A DNA stretch of 64,000 nucleotides from an uncultured Verrucomicrobiae bacterium. GTDB lineage: Bacteria; Verrucomicrobiota; Verrucomicrobiia; Palsa-1439. The translations under genes and the position numbers were made by a program. Below the pieces are notes generated by a model. The model did not search any database, was not told the DNA's origin, and saw nothing but the letters and a program-made list of their open reading frames with translations. The stretch covers positions 128,001 to 192,000 of the forward strand of contig CAWEWF010000006.1 of assembly GCA_963812605.1 (NCBI GenBank). The letters run 5' to 3'. Position 1 is the stretch's first letter, and each line of letters begins with the position of its first letter. Below are positions 1 to 10,237 of the stretch, piece by piece.

Positions 1-1119
1 TCAAAGGCTAATGACGCGCAGTGGGACTCGAACGAAGGACGTTCCCCGCGGCTGTCCAGTTTCACAGCGAAGCTTCGCAGTCTACCGAAGAGCAAACCGG
101 CGTTTATGGAGCCCATGAAAGCCCGATTGGCGGAACGGCTTCCCGCCGACGCAGAGTGGCTATACGAAATAAAATTTGATGGCGTGAGAGCGATCGCGAT
201 AAAAGACGGAACGGGAATCAAACTTCTTTCCCGCACTCATCATTCTTTGGGCCCGAGTTTTCCAGAGGTTGTCAGATCGTTGCGCGAAATGCCCAATAAA
301 TCCTTTGTGCTTGATGGCGAAATTGTCGCCTTGGATGATCAGGGTCGTTCCTCATTCCAGTTGCTGCAGCCATTCATTCACGTCGAAGACTCTCCGGATA
401 CCAGACCACCGATTGTGATGTACTTGTTCGATATATTAAATTTGGAAGGAAAAAGCACTACGGCACTGCCGTTGCGCGAACGCAAAGATCTCCTCGAAAC
501 ACTTCTTCGCGAAAGGCCAGCTGGCCTTCGACTATCCGGAACTTTTCGAGAGAAACCCCAGCAGTTACTGAAACATATTGAAAAACTTGGTCTGGAAGGC
601 TTGGTGGGCAAGAGGCCGGATTCTCGCTATGAGCCGGGCAAAAGGTCGGGTTCGTGGATCAAGATCAAGATCGTCAGCGAACAAGAATTCGTAATTGGAG
701 GCTATACAGAGCCGCGCGGATCGCGGGAGTTGTTCGGATCTTTGGTCCTTGGATACCACCGTAGCGGCAAACTGCTTTATGCTTCCAAGGTCGGAACGGG
801 GTTTGATTCCCGTACACTTCGCACTTTGTTCTCCCAGTTTCAAAAGCAAAAGTCAAATCGCTGCCCATTTGATGATCTCCCGTCCAAGCACTCCGACGTT
901 AACGGGTTAAGCGCATCCGAAATGAAACGATGCACTTGGCTAAATCCTAAGCTGGTTTGCCAAGTTCGCTTTAGCCAGTGGACGAAGGACGGTCACCTGC
1001 GGCAACCCGTGTTCCTGGGATTACGTGACGACAAGCCACCGGGAGACGTGGTCCAGGAAGGACCGGTTATCACTGCCGGAAGCGCGAAGCCTTGCAAAGC
1101 CTCTGGCCGTCACCGTTGA
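1..1119 (+). CDS. ligD: NHEJ ATP-dependent DNA ligase D, ligase domain (5' partial; frame open from base 1)
   Basis: Motif I YEIKFDGVR, LDGEIV, EGLVGK, W-K-K, VIGGYT, KVGTGF, LRQPVFLGLRDDK; Ku gene 7.5 kb away. Confidence 0.9.
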   Translation, partial: SKANDAQWDSNEGRSPRLSSFTAKLRSLPKSKPAFMEPMKARLAERLPADAEWLYEIKFDGVRAIAIKDGTGIKLLSRTHHSLGPSFPEVVRSLREMPNKSFVLDGEIVALDDQGRSSFQLLQPFIHVEDSPDTRPPIVMYLFDILNLEGKSTTALPLRERKDLLETLLRERPAGLRLSGTFREKPQQLLKHIEKLGLEGLVGKRPDSRYEPGKRSGSWIKIKIVSEQEFVIGGYTEPRGSRELFGSLVLGYHRSGKLLYASKVGTGFDSRTLRTLFSQFQKQKSNRCPFDDLPSKHSDVNGLSASEMKRCTWLNPKLVCQVRFSQWTKDGHLRQPVFLGLRDDKPPGDVVQEGPVITAGSAKPCKASGRHR

Positions 1120-1163
1120 TCCCATTTCTGTGAATTGATCGCCCAGTTTCTCCGCCGGCTTCA

Positions 1164-1694
1164 TTATTCCGTTCGGATCTGAATTATGGTCCGCTTTATT
1201 TCTCCCTTCAAAAAATCGATCGATTCGCGCTCGGCTGCTTCTAGTGCATTTACCGCGGCAGTCTTTTTATTCCGCGCATTTATGTCATACAAAGCGTCGA
1301 CGATTGCTGTCGAACGAATAACGACCGTGAATCTCTTTTCAGGCGACGGGATGGGCTTGCGGGTCTGTTTTGTTGCAGTTCGCCTAAGCGGGGATTTGCT
1401 TGTTACCCCTTCTTCCTCTACCAGATCAAGGTTGATTCCAATAATTCGCTGCTCTTCGAATTTGCTCAGAGGTTTGGGAAACAGCAGATACAGCGCATTT
1501 TTGTCCTTGTGAAAACCAACAAGACCGAATTCGGCTTTATTCCCAGCAGGATGCGTTTTAATGGTCATAACACGCCTTTGCTTCGCGGCCTGCAAAAAGG
1601 CTGCGTCTGGCTTACCCCAAAGAGATACGAACTTGGGTTTTCCGCATTCTTCAATGACTTTGGCAAACCGGGCGGTTTGATTTGCAGAGTTCAT
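1164..1694 (-). CDS. Conserved hypothetical basic protein, convergent with ligD
   Basis: 176-aa ORF with ATG and GGAGG-like RBS; no family recognised with certainty. Confidence 0.6.
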   Translation of the reverse strand: MNSANQTARFAKVIEECGKPKFVSLWGKPDAAFLQAAKQRRVMTIKTHPAGNKAEFGLVGFHKDKNALYLLFPKPLSKFEEQRIIGINLDLVEEEGVTSKSPLRRTATKQTRKPIPSPEKRFTVVIRSTAIVDALYDINARNKKTAAVNALEAAERESIDFLKGEIKRTIIQIRTE

Positions 1695-1767
1695 CTAGAA
1701 GCCGCCTCCTAGGGTTAGGGAATGGTGATACCGGAGGCTTCTCCTCCGGGAATTCCCGGCCGAAAGA

Positions 1768-2265
1768 TCAATTGCCGAACGGAATGATGAGTCGCACGCC
1801 CGCGTAACATGGCTTGTTGTCCTCCCCGATGTTTAGGTCAAGCTTTACGCGCGGATTGTTGTGAGAATCTCTGGGAGAAATTTCTCGCGTGGGTCGCAAG
1901 GTGCCCTGGTCGAAACCAAAGTCGACATGGTTCTCAATGGACTTGGCCAGGTGGTCGACAGCAAAGACGATTGTGTCCAAGTCATATTTGGCACTTTCTA
2001 TTTCCTGTTTAAACGGCGAAGTGGCATCTCCAAGGGGGGCATATTCCGATTCGAAACGCTCCCAATCTTCGGAATCTGTGGGCGGCGGCCCCTGTAATGG
2101 GGCAAGGCGCACGTCACGCTCGTCAAATATTCGCGCGGCCGTCGATTCTTCGTTGTTACTCGGAACAATCTCCACTGCACTAGCGGGCTTGGAACTGGTG
2201 GAGTGTAAAGCAAATTCCGACACCGGCACTGCGGTAGCCATCATCAGAAAGCAGATGCAAAACAC
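1768..2265 (-). CDS. Hypothetical exported protein
   Basis: Hydrophobic N-terminus; C-terminal YAGVRLIIPF resembles a beta-barrel terminal strand; start uncertain. Confidence 0.45.
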   Translation of the reverse strand: MFCICFLMMATAVPVSEFALHSTSSKPASAVEIVPSNNEESTAARIFDERDVRLAPLQGPPPTDSEDWERFESEYAPLGDATSPFKQEIESAKYDLDTIVFAVDHLAKSIENHVDFGFDQGTLRPTREISPRDSHNNPRVKLDLNIGEDNKPCYAGVRLIIPFGN

Positions 2266-2550
2266 CCGCGCACATCTTGTGAATGTAAAATGTCGTGCGC
2301 GAGCAAATGCACAGTCTTCCGTGCCTACGTCTTCTCTCTGCGAGCCAACAGCACCGTCATGACAACCAGGCCGCCGCGAATTAGCGGCCGCTCATATGAG
2401 CGATCGTGATGACATTTCGTTCGCCATGGCTTTTAATATTAAGACTTGGAATTCGTTCAAGCTATCGGTACAGGCCCTATTGTGAACTAGGAGAACGACT
2501 GGTAAATCAACCAGTTTGCAGTTCGTCCTCAAAACACCCATACTGCGGCG

Positions 2551-3597
2551 GTGACGCCCTCCAAAATCTCAGCCGTTATCGCTCCAGGAGTGCTGCTGGT
2601 GATTCTCATTTGTTTGTACGCCGCCCGCGAGGTAGCTGTACCGGTTGCGCTGGCTTGTCTGCTAGCCTTCTTGCTGGCTCCTGTGGATCGGAAATTGCAG
2701 AAATCTGGATTCACTCGTTCCCTTTCGGTAGCGCTCATCTCTATATCATCCCTGCTCGTCGTGGGAGTCATCGCCTGTGTTGTAACGACCCAGGTGAAAG
2801 ATTTCGCCGAACAGTTGCCGGCTTACAAAGGCAATATCAAGAAACGGATCCAGGAATTGCGACAACATGGCAGTGGTACAGCCCTCGCCAAAGCGCGCGA
2901 TACCGTCGAGGAAGTAGCGGGCGAAATGACGACTAACGCGGCGGCAAATACTCATCCTCCTCCTGTACCGGTCACCGTGCAAAGTGGTACAACTCAGAGC
3001 CTCCTGTCCGTGCTGTCTCCTGTCTTGGGAACGCTTTTTAATATTCTTCTCATAATCGTCCTCGTGGTTTTTATGCTTTTGGAGCGCGAACACCTACATG
3101 ACCGAATGATCCGTTCCTTCGGAGAGTCGCATAAAGTCGCCACCCGGAAGGTGCTCGATGAGGCAGCGCTTTTGGTCGGCAGTTATCTGAAAGCTCAGGG
3201 CCTTGTAAACCTATCCGTGGCGACAGTCATTGGCCTCGCGCTTTTTATATTGGGCGTCCCTTACGCGTTGTTATGGGCCTTTACTATCGCAATGCTGCGA
3301 TTTATCCCATACATCGGCATCTGGATCGCCGCGACTCTTCCCTTGCTTGTTAGCCTGGCAACTTCAACTAACTGGTTTCAGCCTCTCGGTGTCGTTGGAG
3401 CCTTCGTTGTCTTCGAGCCGTTGGTGGGCATGATTCTCGAACCGATACTGTTTGGTCGCACCATTGGCATTTCAAAACTTGCCATGCTCATTTCCATTAC
3501 CTTTTGGACGTGGATGTGGGGACCAGCCGGTTTACTGCTCGCCACCCCTTTAACCGCCTGCTTGGTCGTGATCTCCCAACACATACCAGAATCTTAA
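2551..3597 (+). CDS. AI-2E (PerM) family transporter
   Basis: Multiple TM helices; LRFIPYIG, EPILFG, WTWMWGPAGLLLATPLT signature. Confidence 0.9.
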   Translation: MTPSKISAVIAPGVLLVILICLYAAREVAVPVALACLLAFLLAPVDRKLQKSGFTRSLSVALISISSLLVVGVIACVVTTQVKDFAEQLPAYKGNIKKRIQELRQHGSGTALAKARDTVEEVAGEMTTNAAANTHPPPVPVTVQSGTTQSLLSVLSPVLGTLFNILLIIVLVVFMLLEREHLHDRMIRSFGESHKVATRKVLDEAALLVGSYLKAQGLVNLSVATVIGLALFILGVPYALLWAFTIAMLRFIPYIGIWIAATLPLLVSLATSTNWFQPLGVVGAFVVFEPLVGMILEPILFGRTIGISKLAMLISITFWTWMWGPAGLLLATPLTACLVVISQHIPES

Positions 3598-3999
3598 TTT
3601 TCTAGCCGTGCTCTTAAGCGAAGAGCCGGCGACGTAGTTGGGTTCGGCCAGGCACGTTCCACGAATTGGCTAGAGAGAATCGCTGGCTCATTTCGTAGGA
3701 CATCTGGGCGTTGTTCTCCTGCGAGCCCTTATTTCTCCCGGCCACAGTGCCGGCAATTTGCTGACGGTTTTCCTCCTCCAAAAGCCATTGCAAGAGCTGG
3801 CTAGTTCGCTTTGAGGTTTCCACTCGAAGCGAATCGGTTGAAACATCTCAACCGTCCTAGGTAGGCACCCTACTCAATGTTCAGCGGGCTGCTGATTGTT
3901 GTTTAAATCGTACAAGGCGAGTATGCGACATGCGAAATCGGCAGACAGTTTGCAGAACGCTGACAAAAGCGAACGCCTAAACAAAAGGGAGTGGCAGAA

Positions 4000-4491
4000 A
4001 TGAAATACAAACTGAATGTTCTCACTGCGGCAATTGTAGTGGCTGGATTGATTACAGCAAGCGCCCAAGACACAAATGAAAATCCGAATTCGTCATCCAC
4101 TAAACCGTGGCGCAATTCCTCGGTGAGCGGCTCAAACGACGTCAGTCGTTCAGAACTCGCGGGGAACACAAACGCCGTCTCCGACGCAGATAACACCGGT
4201 CGCAATGCACGCGACCGTGATGGCAACACCCTGACACCACTCAATCAGAGCAACAGCCAGACGGACTTGAACATCACCTCGCAGATTCGCAAGGAGATCA
4301 TTGCCGACAAGAATCTCTCGGTAAATGCGCACAATGTGAAAATCATTACCGCGAACGGCTACGTAACTCTCCGGGGATCTGTAAACACGTCCACTGAAAA
4401 GCGTGAGATCTGCGACGTAGCCAAGCGGATAGCGGGTTCTCAGAATGTGCAGGACCAGCTCGAAGTCAAAACTGATAATTCTTCAAATTAA
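4000..4491 (+). CDS. BON-domain (OsmY-like) exported protein
   Basis: Signal peptide; ADNTGRNARDR...TPLNQS, NVKIITANGYVTLRGSV, VQDQLEV. Confidence 0.9.
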   Translation: MKYKLNVLTAAIVVAGLITASAQDTNENPNSSSTKPWRNSSVSGSNDVSRSELAGNTNAVSDADNTGRNARDRDGNTLTPLNQSNSQTDLNITSQIRKEIIADKNLSVNAHNVKIITANGYVTLRGSVNTSTEKREICDVAKRIAGSQNVQDQLEVKTDNSSN

Positions 4492-4524
4492 TTTCACCAA
4501 CCCAAACCACACTAACAAAAAGGA

Positions 4525-5088
4525 ATGACTCCTATGTCCAAGAAATCAGTATTCTGCATTGCCACGTCACGTAGCCAAGCCGAGGATATTGTGAGCCGCT
4601 TGAAAAACGCCCAGTTCTCCAACAACGACATCTCCGCTCTCTTTGCGGATAAAGCTACAACCCGCGACTTTGCGCATGAAAAGAACACCAAAGCGCCCGA
4701 GGGTGCCATCACCGGCGCTGGTACCGGAGGTGTGATCGGCGGCGCATTGGGATGGATTGCCGGCATCGGTGCTCTGGCGATTCCCGGCACCGGACCTTTC
4801 ATTGCGGCTGGTCCCATCATGGCGGCATTAAGTGGCGCTGCGGTCGGCGCCGCAGTCGGTGGTGTTGCGGGCGCGTTAATCGGCATGGGAATTCCCGAAC
4901 TTGAAGCCCGACGATACGAGGGCAAAATCAAGGACGGCAATATTCTGATCTCCGTGCATACCGAGAACTCGGACGAAATCAAGAGAGCCAAACAGATTTT
5001 CGAGGTTGCCGGTGCGCAGGATATTTGCACCACCGGTGAGGATTCTGTTCCGAAGAGCAAATCCCAAACAGTCGTTACCCGTTCCTAG
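4525..5088 (+). CDS. General stress membrane protein (YflT/DUF3341-like, glycine zipper)
   Basis: TKAPEGA...GGALGW...IPG.GPFIAAGP...GMGIPE.EA..YE motif. Confidence 0.85.
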   Translation: MTPMSKKSVFCIATSRSQAEDIVSRLKNAQFSNNDISALFADKATTRDFAHEKNTKAPEGAITGAGTGGVIGGALGWIAGIGALAIPGTGPFIAAGPIMAALSGAAVGAAVGGVAGALIGMGIPELEARRYEGKIKDGNILISVHTENSDEIKRAKQIFEVAGAQDICTTGEDSVPKSKSQTVVTRS

Positions 5089-5194
5089 CAACGGGTGCTC
5101 AAATACGCTGCCTCGCTGCTGACAGTCGTACATCACGTCTGTCAGCAGCCAGCAACCGAGAAACATAACTAAATCAATAAGAAGGAAGTTTATC

Positions 5195-5698
5195 ATGGAT
5201 AATCTGAGAGACTTATACGTAGACGAGCTGAAGGATGTTTACAACGCCGAGCACCAGTTGGTCAAGGCCTTGCCCAAAATGGCGAAGGCTTCCAACTCAT
5301 CTCAACTACGCATGGCGTTCGAGGGTCATCTAAAAGAAACGCAGGGCCACGTCAAACGGCTCGAAGAGGTATTTGCAAACTTAGGTGTGAAGCCCGCAGG
5401 CAAGACCTGCAAAGCCATGAAGGGGCTCGTCAAGGAAGGTGGCGAAATGATCGAGGAGGACGCCGACGGCGCTTTAAAAGACGCGGGTCTCATCGGCGCC
5501 GCTCAACGCGTGGAACATTACGAAATGGCCGCCTACGGCACTCTCTGCGCCTTTGCGAAAGAGCTCGGCGACGAGCGAGGCGTGAAACTGTTGCAGCAGA
5601 CGCTGGAGGAAGAAGGAGCCGCGGACACAAAGTTGTCGGGGCTCTCGAAGACCATCAACAAAGAAGCGCGTCAGCAAGGCTCACAGAGCGCCGACTAG
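5195..5698 (+). CDS. yciF: Ferritin-like YciE/YciF (DUF892) stress protein
   Basis: DELKDVYNAEHQL, HLKET..HV.RLE, AAQRVEHYEMAAYG, TLEEE..AD. Confidence 0.92.
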   Translation: MDNLRDLYVDELKDVYNAEHQLVKALPKMAKASNSSQLRMAFEGHLKETQGHVKRLEEVFANLGVKPAGKTCKAMKGLVKEGGEMIEEDADGALKDAGLIGAAQRVEHYEMAAYGTLCAFAKELGDERGVKLLQQTLEEEGAADTKLSGLSKTINKEARQQGSQSAD

Positions 5699-5714
5699 TA
5701 ACCGGCATTGTTTG

Positions 5715-5758
5715 AATGAGGCTCGCGATCCCCCCAGGATTGCGAGCTTCATTTTTTT
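5715..5758 (+). terminator. Rho-independent terminator after the BON-yflT-yciF operon
   Basis: Stem AATGAGGCTCGCGATCC/GGATTGCGAGCTTCATT followed by a T run. Confidence 0.8.
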
Positions 5759-5796
5759 GTCCCAACCGGAAAATTGGTGAAGTCTGCCTGAGCGGG

Positions 5797-6933
5797 TTAC
5801 TTATTCGGTTCGCCGGTGATGTTCCCATTTGCGGTCGAGCCCTTCCCTAGATAGCCCTCCAGACTGGGAAACAAGGCTTGGATATAAGCATTGCGCAATA
5901 ATTCGCCAACCGTTGCAAAAATACCGGTGCCGGGGTTACTGATGTCACCACTGAGTGGAATGCGCGTAGCGATCTGATCCTTCGGTTGATTCTTGAGGAT
6001 CTCGGCGACACCCGCCACAATCGTCTCCCAGACAACCTTGAGCGGATTCTCCTTCGCTTCCTTCCAACGAGCAATCTCCAAGTGCTTTATAATCGGTTTT
6101 ATATAACCCTGCAATTTTCCCTGATCGACTTGCATCTCTGTAAAAACACTGAACCTGCCCGCCGATGCCGATACCCCTCCGTACGCTTCTAGGAAATCAT
6201 TCCACTCTGTCAGATCTATATCCGTCATTTCCGCCGCCAATTTGAAAGTTGGCTTGGCGTCGAACGGATCGGCCGTCAGATGAAACTTGAATCCTCCTCG
6301 TTGCGAAACAACGCCGGCGGCATCAATAGTTGCCACGAGCGTCTGGGACAAACGTCGGGAATTTGTTAGATTAACGGCGACAACATGGGTTTGGGTCATG
6401 TAGAGATCGACATTCGGCTTCCTGGAGAAATCGCGGAAATGAATTTGACCATCCTTGACCTCGAAGCGGTTAATCTTCAACGGGAATAGCTCTTTGACAC
6501 GCGCAATCCAACTCTTATCCACGGAAGTCTGCGAGGTTTCCGGGGCCGGGCTATTGACAAAGTTAAGGGAGGGGCGATCTATCAGAACCTTCGCCACCAG
6601 CGCTCCATGGAATAATTCGGCCCATTGCACAGAGAGATCAACCGTGTCGGCCGAAAAGAACGGGACGGGAACGGAGCCGGATGTCTTCTCAAGCTTGATC
6701 TTTTTGACCTGGTATGCGCCGCGAAACAGATTGACGTAAAGCGATCCTACATCTGCCCGATAACCCGGAATCTTATTTAGGGTATGCAACACATAGTGGC
6801 GAATTGCAATGGGTAGCAAGGCGTGCGCGAGTACCACAATCGCCACGATCCCCCCGAGGATGTAACCCAGTTTGCCACGGTCCTTTCGAAGCACAACAGT
6901 TGCCGGTGGTGATTCTCCTGAAGGCCGCGTCAT
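5797..6933 (-). CDS. DUF748 (AsmA-like) domain protein
   Basis: N-terminal TM; NLFRGAY, LSVQW..LFHG, GYIKPI, KNQPKDQIATRIPLSG; start uncertain. Confidence 0.8.
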   Translation of the reverse strand: MTRPSGESPPATVVLRKDRGKLGYILGGIVAIVVLAHALLPIAIRHYVLHTLNKIPGYRADVGSLYVNLFRGAYQVKKIKLEKTSGSVPVPFFSADTVDLSVQWAELFHGALVAKVLIDRPSLNFVNSPAPETSQTSVDKSWIARVKELFPLKINRFEVKDGQIHFRDFSRKPNVDLYMTQTHVVAVNLTNSRRLSQTLVATIDAAGVVSQRGGFKFHLTADPFDAKPTFKLAAEMTDIDLTEWNDFLEAYGGVSASAGRFSVFTEMQVDQGKLQGYIKPIIKHLEIARWKEAKENPLKVVWETIVAGVAEILKNQPKDQIATRIPLSGDISNPGTGIFATVGELLRNAYIQALFPSLEGYLGKGSTANGNITGEPNK

Positions 6934-7003
6934 AATGTTTGAAGTTTTTGTTTTGATTGCTTCCTCACACGTCCCGATCATTCGATTCGTTGTGAGTCCT
7001 TGC

Positions 7004-7405
7004 TTAATCACGGTGAATAGAATAGCGCAACGAGCGTAGAACTGCCGTTACTCCTGTGCGAAGTAAATTCATGTTTCTTACGATGGAATGAACGGGCGGC
7101 TCAACCGCCGAACCTACTTCTTTCAGAAAATGATCCGCGCCTTCCGTCCATTTGCGCACCGTGGCGACGACTTTTTCTATTTCATCCATTTGCGCGCTGG
7201 CTCGCCTTGAAATCTCGGTGACGTTTCTAATCAGTTCATGGCTATGTTGAACCAGCGTCAGCATGGCGGATTTCGTTTCCTCCGCTGACTGTGCGACATT
7301 CTTCAGATCCCGGCGAATCATGAAGGCAATGGGAATCACGCCCGCAACCAGGATGATGATTGCCAGGGAAGCAAGAAACAGGGCCACTTGTAAAGCAGTT
7401 GACAT
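7004..7405 (-). CDS. DUF948 (YoxC-like) membrane-anchored coiled-coil stress protein
   Basis: N-terminal TM then amphipathic helix; lies near ytxH as in typical stress clusters. Confidence 0.65.
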   Translation of the reverse strand: MSTALQVALFLASLAIIILVAGVIPIAFMIRRDLKNVAQSAEETKSAMLTLVQHSHELIRNVTEISRRASAQMDEIEKVVATVRKWTEGADHFLKEVGSAVEPPVHSIVRNMNLLRTGVTAVLRSLRYSIHRD

Positions 7406-7636
7406 ATCTCCGTTCGAATTGGCTGCCAGTGTATCCTCTAATCAGGCCGGCACAAGACGGTGAGGGGCTGATTCTGCATCCAGATTAATTCCTAGCTCCT
7501 GCGCTGGACAATCTGCTCGTTTGCCGAATGTCACGGCGGCAAATCCTTCGAACTCCTTGACCCATCGATATTTTCAGGGCCGCCATTCCTGGCGAGAGAA
7601 CTACTCCTCGCGTAATCCCTCCGGCAGTAAGGCAAA

Positions 7637-8536
7637 TCACCTCACACGCCCGGGAACTTTGATCGCATGCTCTTCCGCAGCGACGTAGCCGTGATAATGA
7701 TCGGCGAACACCTTGGTGAATTCGGCACCGTAAAAAACAATCATGGCCGAGTAAGACACCCAAAGCAAAATAAGAATGACTGAGCCTGCGGCGCCGTAAC
7801 CAGACCCGGGCTCAGCTTTTCCGAAGTACAATCCCAGTCCAAATTTCCCGACTTCAAATAATAATGCCGTAAGAAAAGCGCCGATCCACACATAGCTCCA
7901 TTTTATTTTGGCATCGGGCAGGAGTTTGAACATCAAGGCAAACAAAACCGAAGTAACGGAGTAGGAGATGGCAACATTGACTGCGTGGAACAGAAACATG
8001 ATGTAGGCGGGCCACCGCGCCTCCATCCATTTGCTTAGCGCGGCAAGCGCGGTTGTGACCACCAACGACACCAAAAGTACGAATGCAATTGATAGAATGA
8101 GACCGAATGAGAAGAGGCGAACTTTGACCAGCGTCCAGATACCGGATTTAGAAGGCTCCGCTTTTACCTCCCAAATAATATTAAGCGATTTCTGCAGTTG
8201 AACAAATACACCAGTCGCGCCTACAAGAATAGTCGTAATTCCGATGACGGTGGCCCAGATTGAAGTGGTACCGCTACTGGCTTTCTCGACCATTTCCTGT
8301 ACCTGGTCGGCAACACTATTTCCCATGGCTCCACTGATCTGGCTATGCAAATCACCCATTACGGCATCTCTTCCAAAGAAATATCCAGCGATTGTAATTA
8401 CGAGAATCAGTAGGCCGGGTAATGAGAATATCGCGTAATACGCGATCACGGCGCTTTCCCGAAACGGATCCTTTTGGTTCCATTTCGTAAACGCAGTCCC
8501 AAATAGCTGAGTCGTTTCCTTGAGCTTGGTGATCAA
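7637..8536 (-). CDS. YihY/virulence factor BrkB family membrane protein
   Basis: SAVIAYYAIFSLP, LNIIW, LPDA.I.W, YGAAGS..ILLWVSYS..IVFYGAEF. Confidence 0.9.
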   Translation of the reverse strand: MITKLKETTQLFGTAFTKWNQKDPFRESAVIAYYAIFSLPGLLILVITIAGYFFGRDAVMGDLHSQISGAMGNSVADQVQEMVEKASSGTTSIWATVIGITTILVGATGVFVQLQKSLNIIWEVKAEPSKSGIWTLVKVRLFSFGLILSIAFVLLVSLVVTTALAALSKWMEARWPAYIMFLFHAVNVAISYSVTSVLFALMFKLLPDAKIKWSYVWIGAFLTALLFEVGKFGLGLYFGKAEPGSGYGAAGSVILILLWVSYSAMIVFYGAEFTKVFADHYHGYVAAEEHAIKVPGRVR

Positions 8537-8589
8537 CAGTGAGTAAAGGTGTGATTGTTGCTAGAAGGAATCAGACCTGACGACCACCA

Positions 8590-9396
8590 TTACGCAGCCT
8601 TTTTCGCCCGTTTGCCGGATTTCTGCGATTCCCTTACGCTTTGCCGCAAGACTTCCACCAAATCAATAATCTTCGTGTTCTTTGGTTTCTTCTCCGCAAT
8701 CGGTTCAATTGACTTGCCGCCTTTGCGGGCCTTGTTACGGATCAATTTCAGAAGCGCATCGCGATAATCGTCGGTGTATTCCTCGGGTTTCCAAGCGGTC
8801 GTCATGTTTTTAATTAACTCTCCAGCGATGGCGACTTCCTGGGAGGATGGGCTCACCTTCGCTGGCGCCCGCAATTCATCCGGGCTTAGCAATTCATCGG
8901 CAAAATGCATCAGTTCCAATACCAGGAGTTCAGCACGCGGCTTAACCGCAGCCAAATACTGGCGAGTTTTGATCACCACTTTCGCGATGCCAACTTTTTG
9001 GCTTTTTGCCAGAGCTTCCCGTAGCAGGGCATAGGCTTTGTCTCCCCCCTTTTGTGGCTCCATGTAATACGGCTTTTGGAAAAACATGGGATTGATCTCT
9101 TCGACGGGCACAAAGTGAATGATGTCGACGGTTTGCGTTGCTTCGATATCGACTCTTTTGAAATCCTCCTCCTGCAGCACTACGAATTTATCCTTTTCGT
9201 ATTCGTAGCCTTTGACGATCTGTTCCCAAGGAACCTCTTTACCGTCTTTTTCTGCGACGCGCTTATAATTGACCGGACTCAGATCTGATTTGCGAAGTAG
9301 GCGAAATGAAAGTTCTTCTTCTTTGGTTGCGCGAAAAAGAGCAACCGGGATGCTCACCAGTCCAAAGCTAATAGTGCCTTTCCAAACGGATCGCAT
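8590..9396 (-). CDS. ku: NHEJ Ku protein
   Basis: MRSVWKGTISFGLVSIPV, IVKGYEYEKD, PYY, YTDDYR, basic C-terminal tail. Confidence 0.95.
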   Translation of the reverse strand: MRSVWKGTISFGLVSIPVALFRATKEEELSFRLLRKSDLSPVNYKRVAEKDGKEVPWEQIVKGYEYEKDKFVVLQEEDFKRVDIEATQTVDIIHFVPVEEINPMFFQKPYYMEPQKGGDKAYALLREALAKSQKVGIAKVVIKTRQYLAAVKPRAELLVLELMHFADELLSPDELRAPAKVSPSSQEVAIAGELIKNMTTAWKPEEYTDDYRDALLKLIRNKARKGGKSIEPIAEKKPKNTKIIDLVEVLRQSVRESQKSGKRAKKAA

Positions 9397-9476
9397 ATTT
9401 CCCCCCAGATTAAGGCCGGTACGGCTGTGCAGGACGGCTCACTCTGGAAGCGAGCCGTCCTCAGGTCTTGGTCGAG

Positions 9477-9746
9477 TTAGGACCGCTTGTGCTTCGAATC
9501 GTGGCCGGCATCCTTGCCGGAATCGAAAACCGCCGCGAGTTCGGATTTCCGGTCATGGATGAATTCCTGGGCGGTCTCAATGGTTTCTTGAGTCTTCTCT
9601 TTCAGCTGCTTGCCTTTTTTCGCCAGCAGTTTGCGCGTTTCAACACCCGATTGCGGCGCGTACAGCAACGCTACGACAGCTCCCGCTGCCGCACCCATCA
9701 AAAAAATACTCACGCTACTTCGCTGGATTGCCTTTTCTTCACTCAT
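9477..9746 (-). CDS. YtxH-domain protein
   Basis: GAAAGAVVALLYAPQSGVETRK motif. Confidence 0.9.
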   Translation of the reverse strand: MSEEKAIQRSSVSIFLMGAAAGAVVALLYAPQSGVETRKLLAKKGKQLKEKTQETIETAQEFIHDRKSELAAVFDSGKDAGHDSKHKRS

Positions 9747-9816
9747 TTTCGAATTCTCCTTTTCTTTTGTTCAAATGGCCGGTCCGTCATATTCATGGCC
9801 CTTGCATTTGAAACCA

Positions 9817-9942
9817 TTATTTACCGAACATTTTGGCTACGATGAAAATAAGAATTGCGCCGCCGAGACCGCCTCCGAACAAAAGGTAAATGAGTGAATA
9901 GCCAGCGGCGGCAATGACCGGCGTAAATAATCCGAGTATCAT
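9817..9942 (-). CDS. Small 41-aa membrane protein (not in ORF track)
   Basis: MILGLFTPVIAAAGYSLIYLLFGGGLGGAILIFIVAKMFGK*, GGAGG RBS upstream, co-directional with ytxH-ku. Confidence 0.7.
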   Translation of the reverse strand: MILGLFTPVIAAAGYSLIYLLFGGGLGGAILIFIVAKMFGK

Positions 9943-10237
9943 GTTTTTGCCCTCCATGCTGATCGTTGCGGGTTCGTAAACACGCTCTAATGTTCACTAT
10001 TCACAAGAAGTCCGCAATCGGCCCTTGAACTGTTTCTCGCCTAAGAATCTTTCCTAAATCGCACCTCCACATCCAAAGCCCTAAAACGCGTTGTTAGGCT
10101 GCGCTATTTGGCCCGGCACTAGGATTCAGACCGTAGCCGAATTCGGCGCTTCGTCTAATGACGGGCTGCTCTCGATTGATTACTATTCGTTCATGATCTT
10201 GTTACAGGATGAGACCACCGGGAAAACCAGCCTAGCG

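Noticed and set aside
9222-9236. TGTTCCCAAGGAAC inside ku as a fourth palindrome copy
   Set aside because: Only a partial match, wrong spacer, within coding sequence
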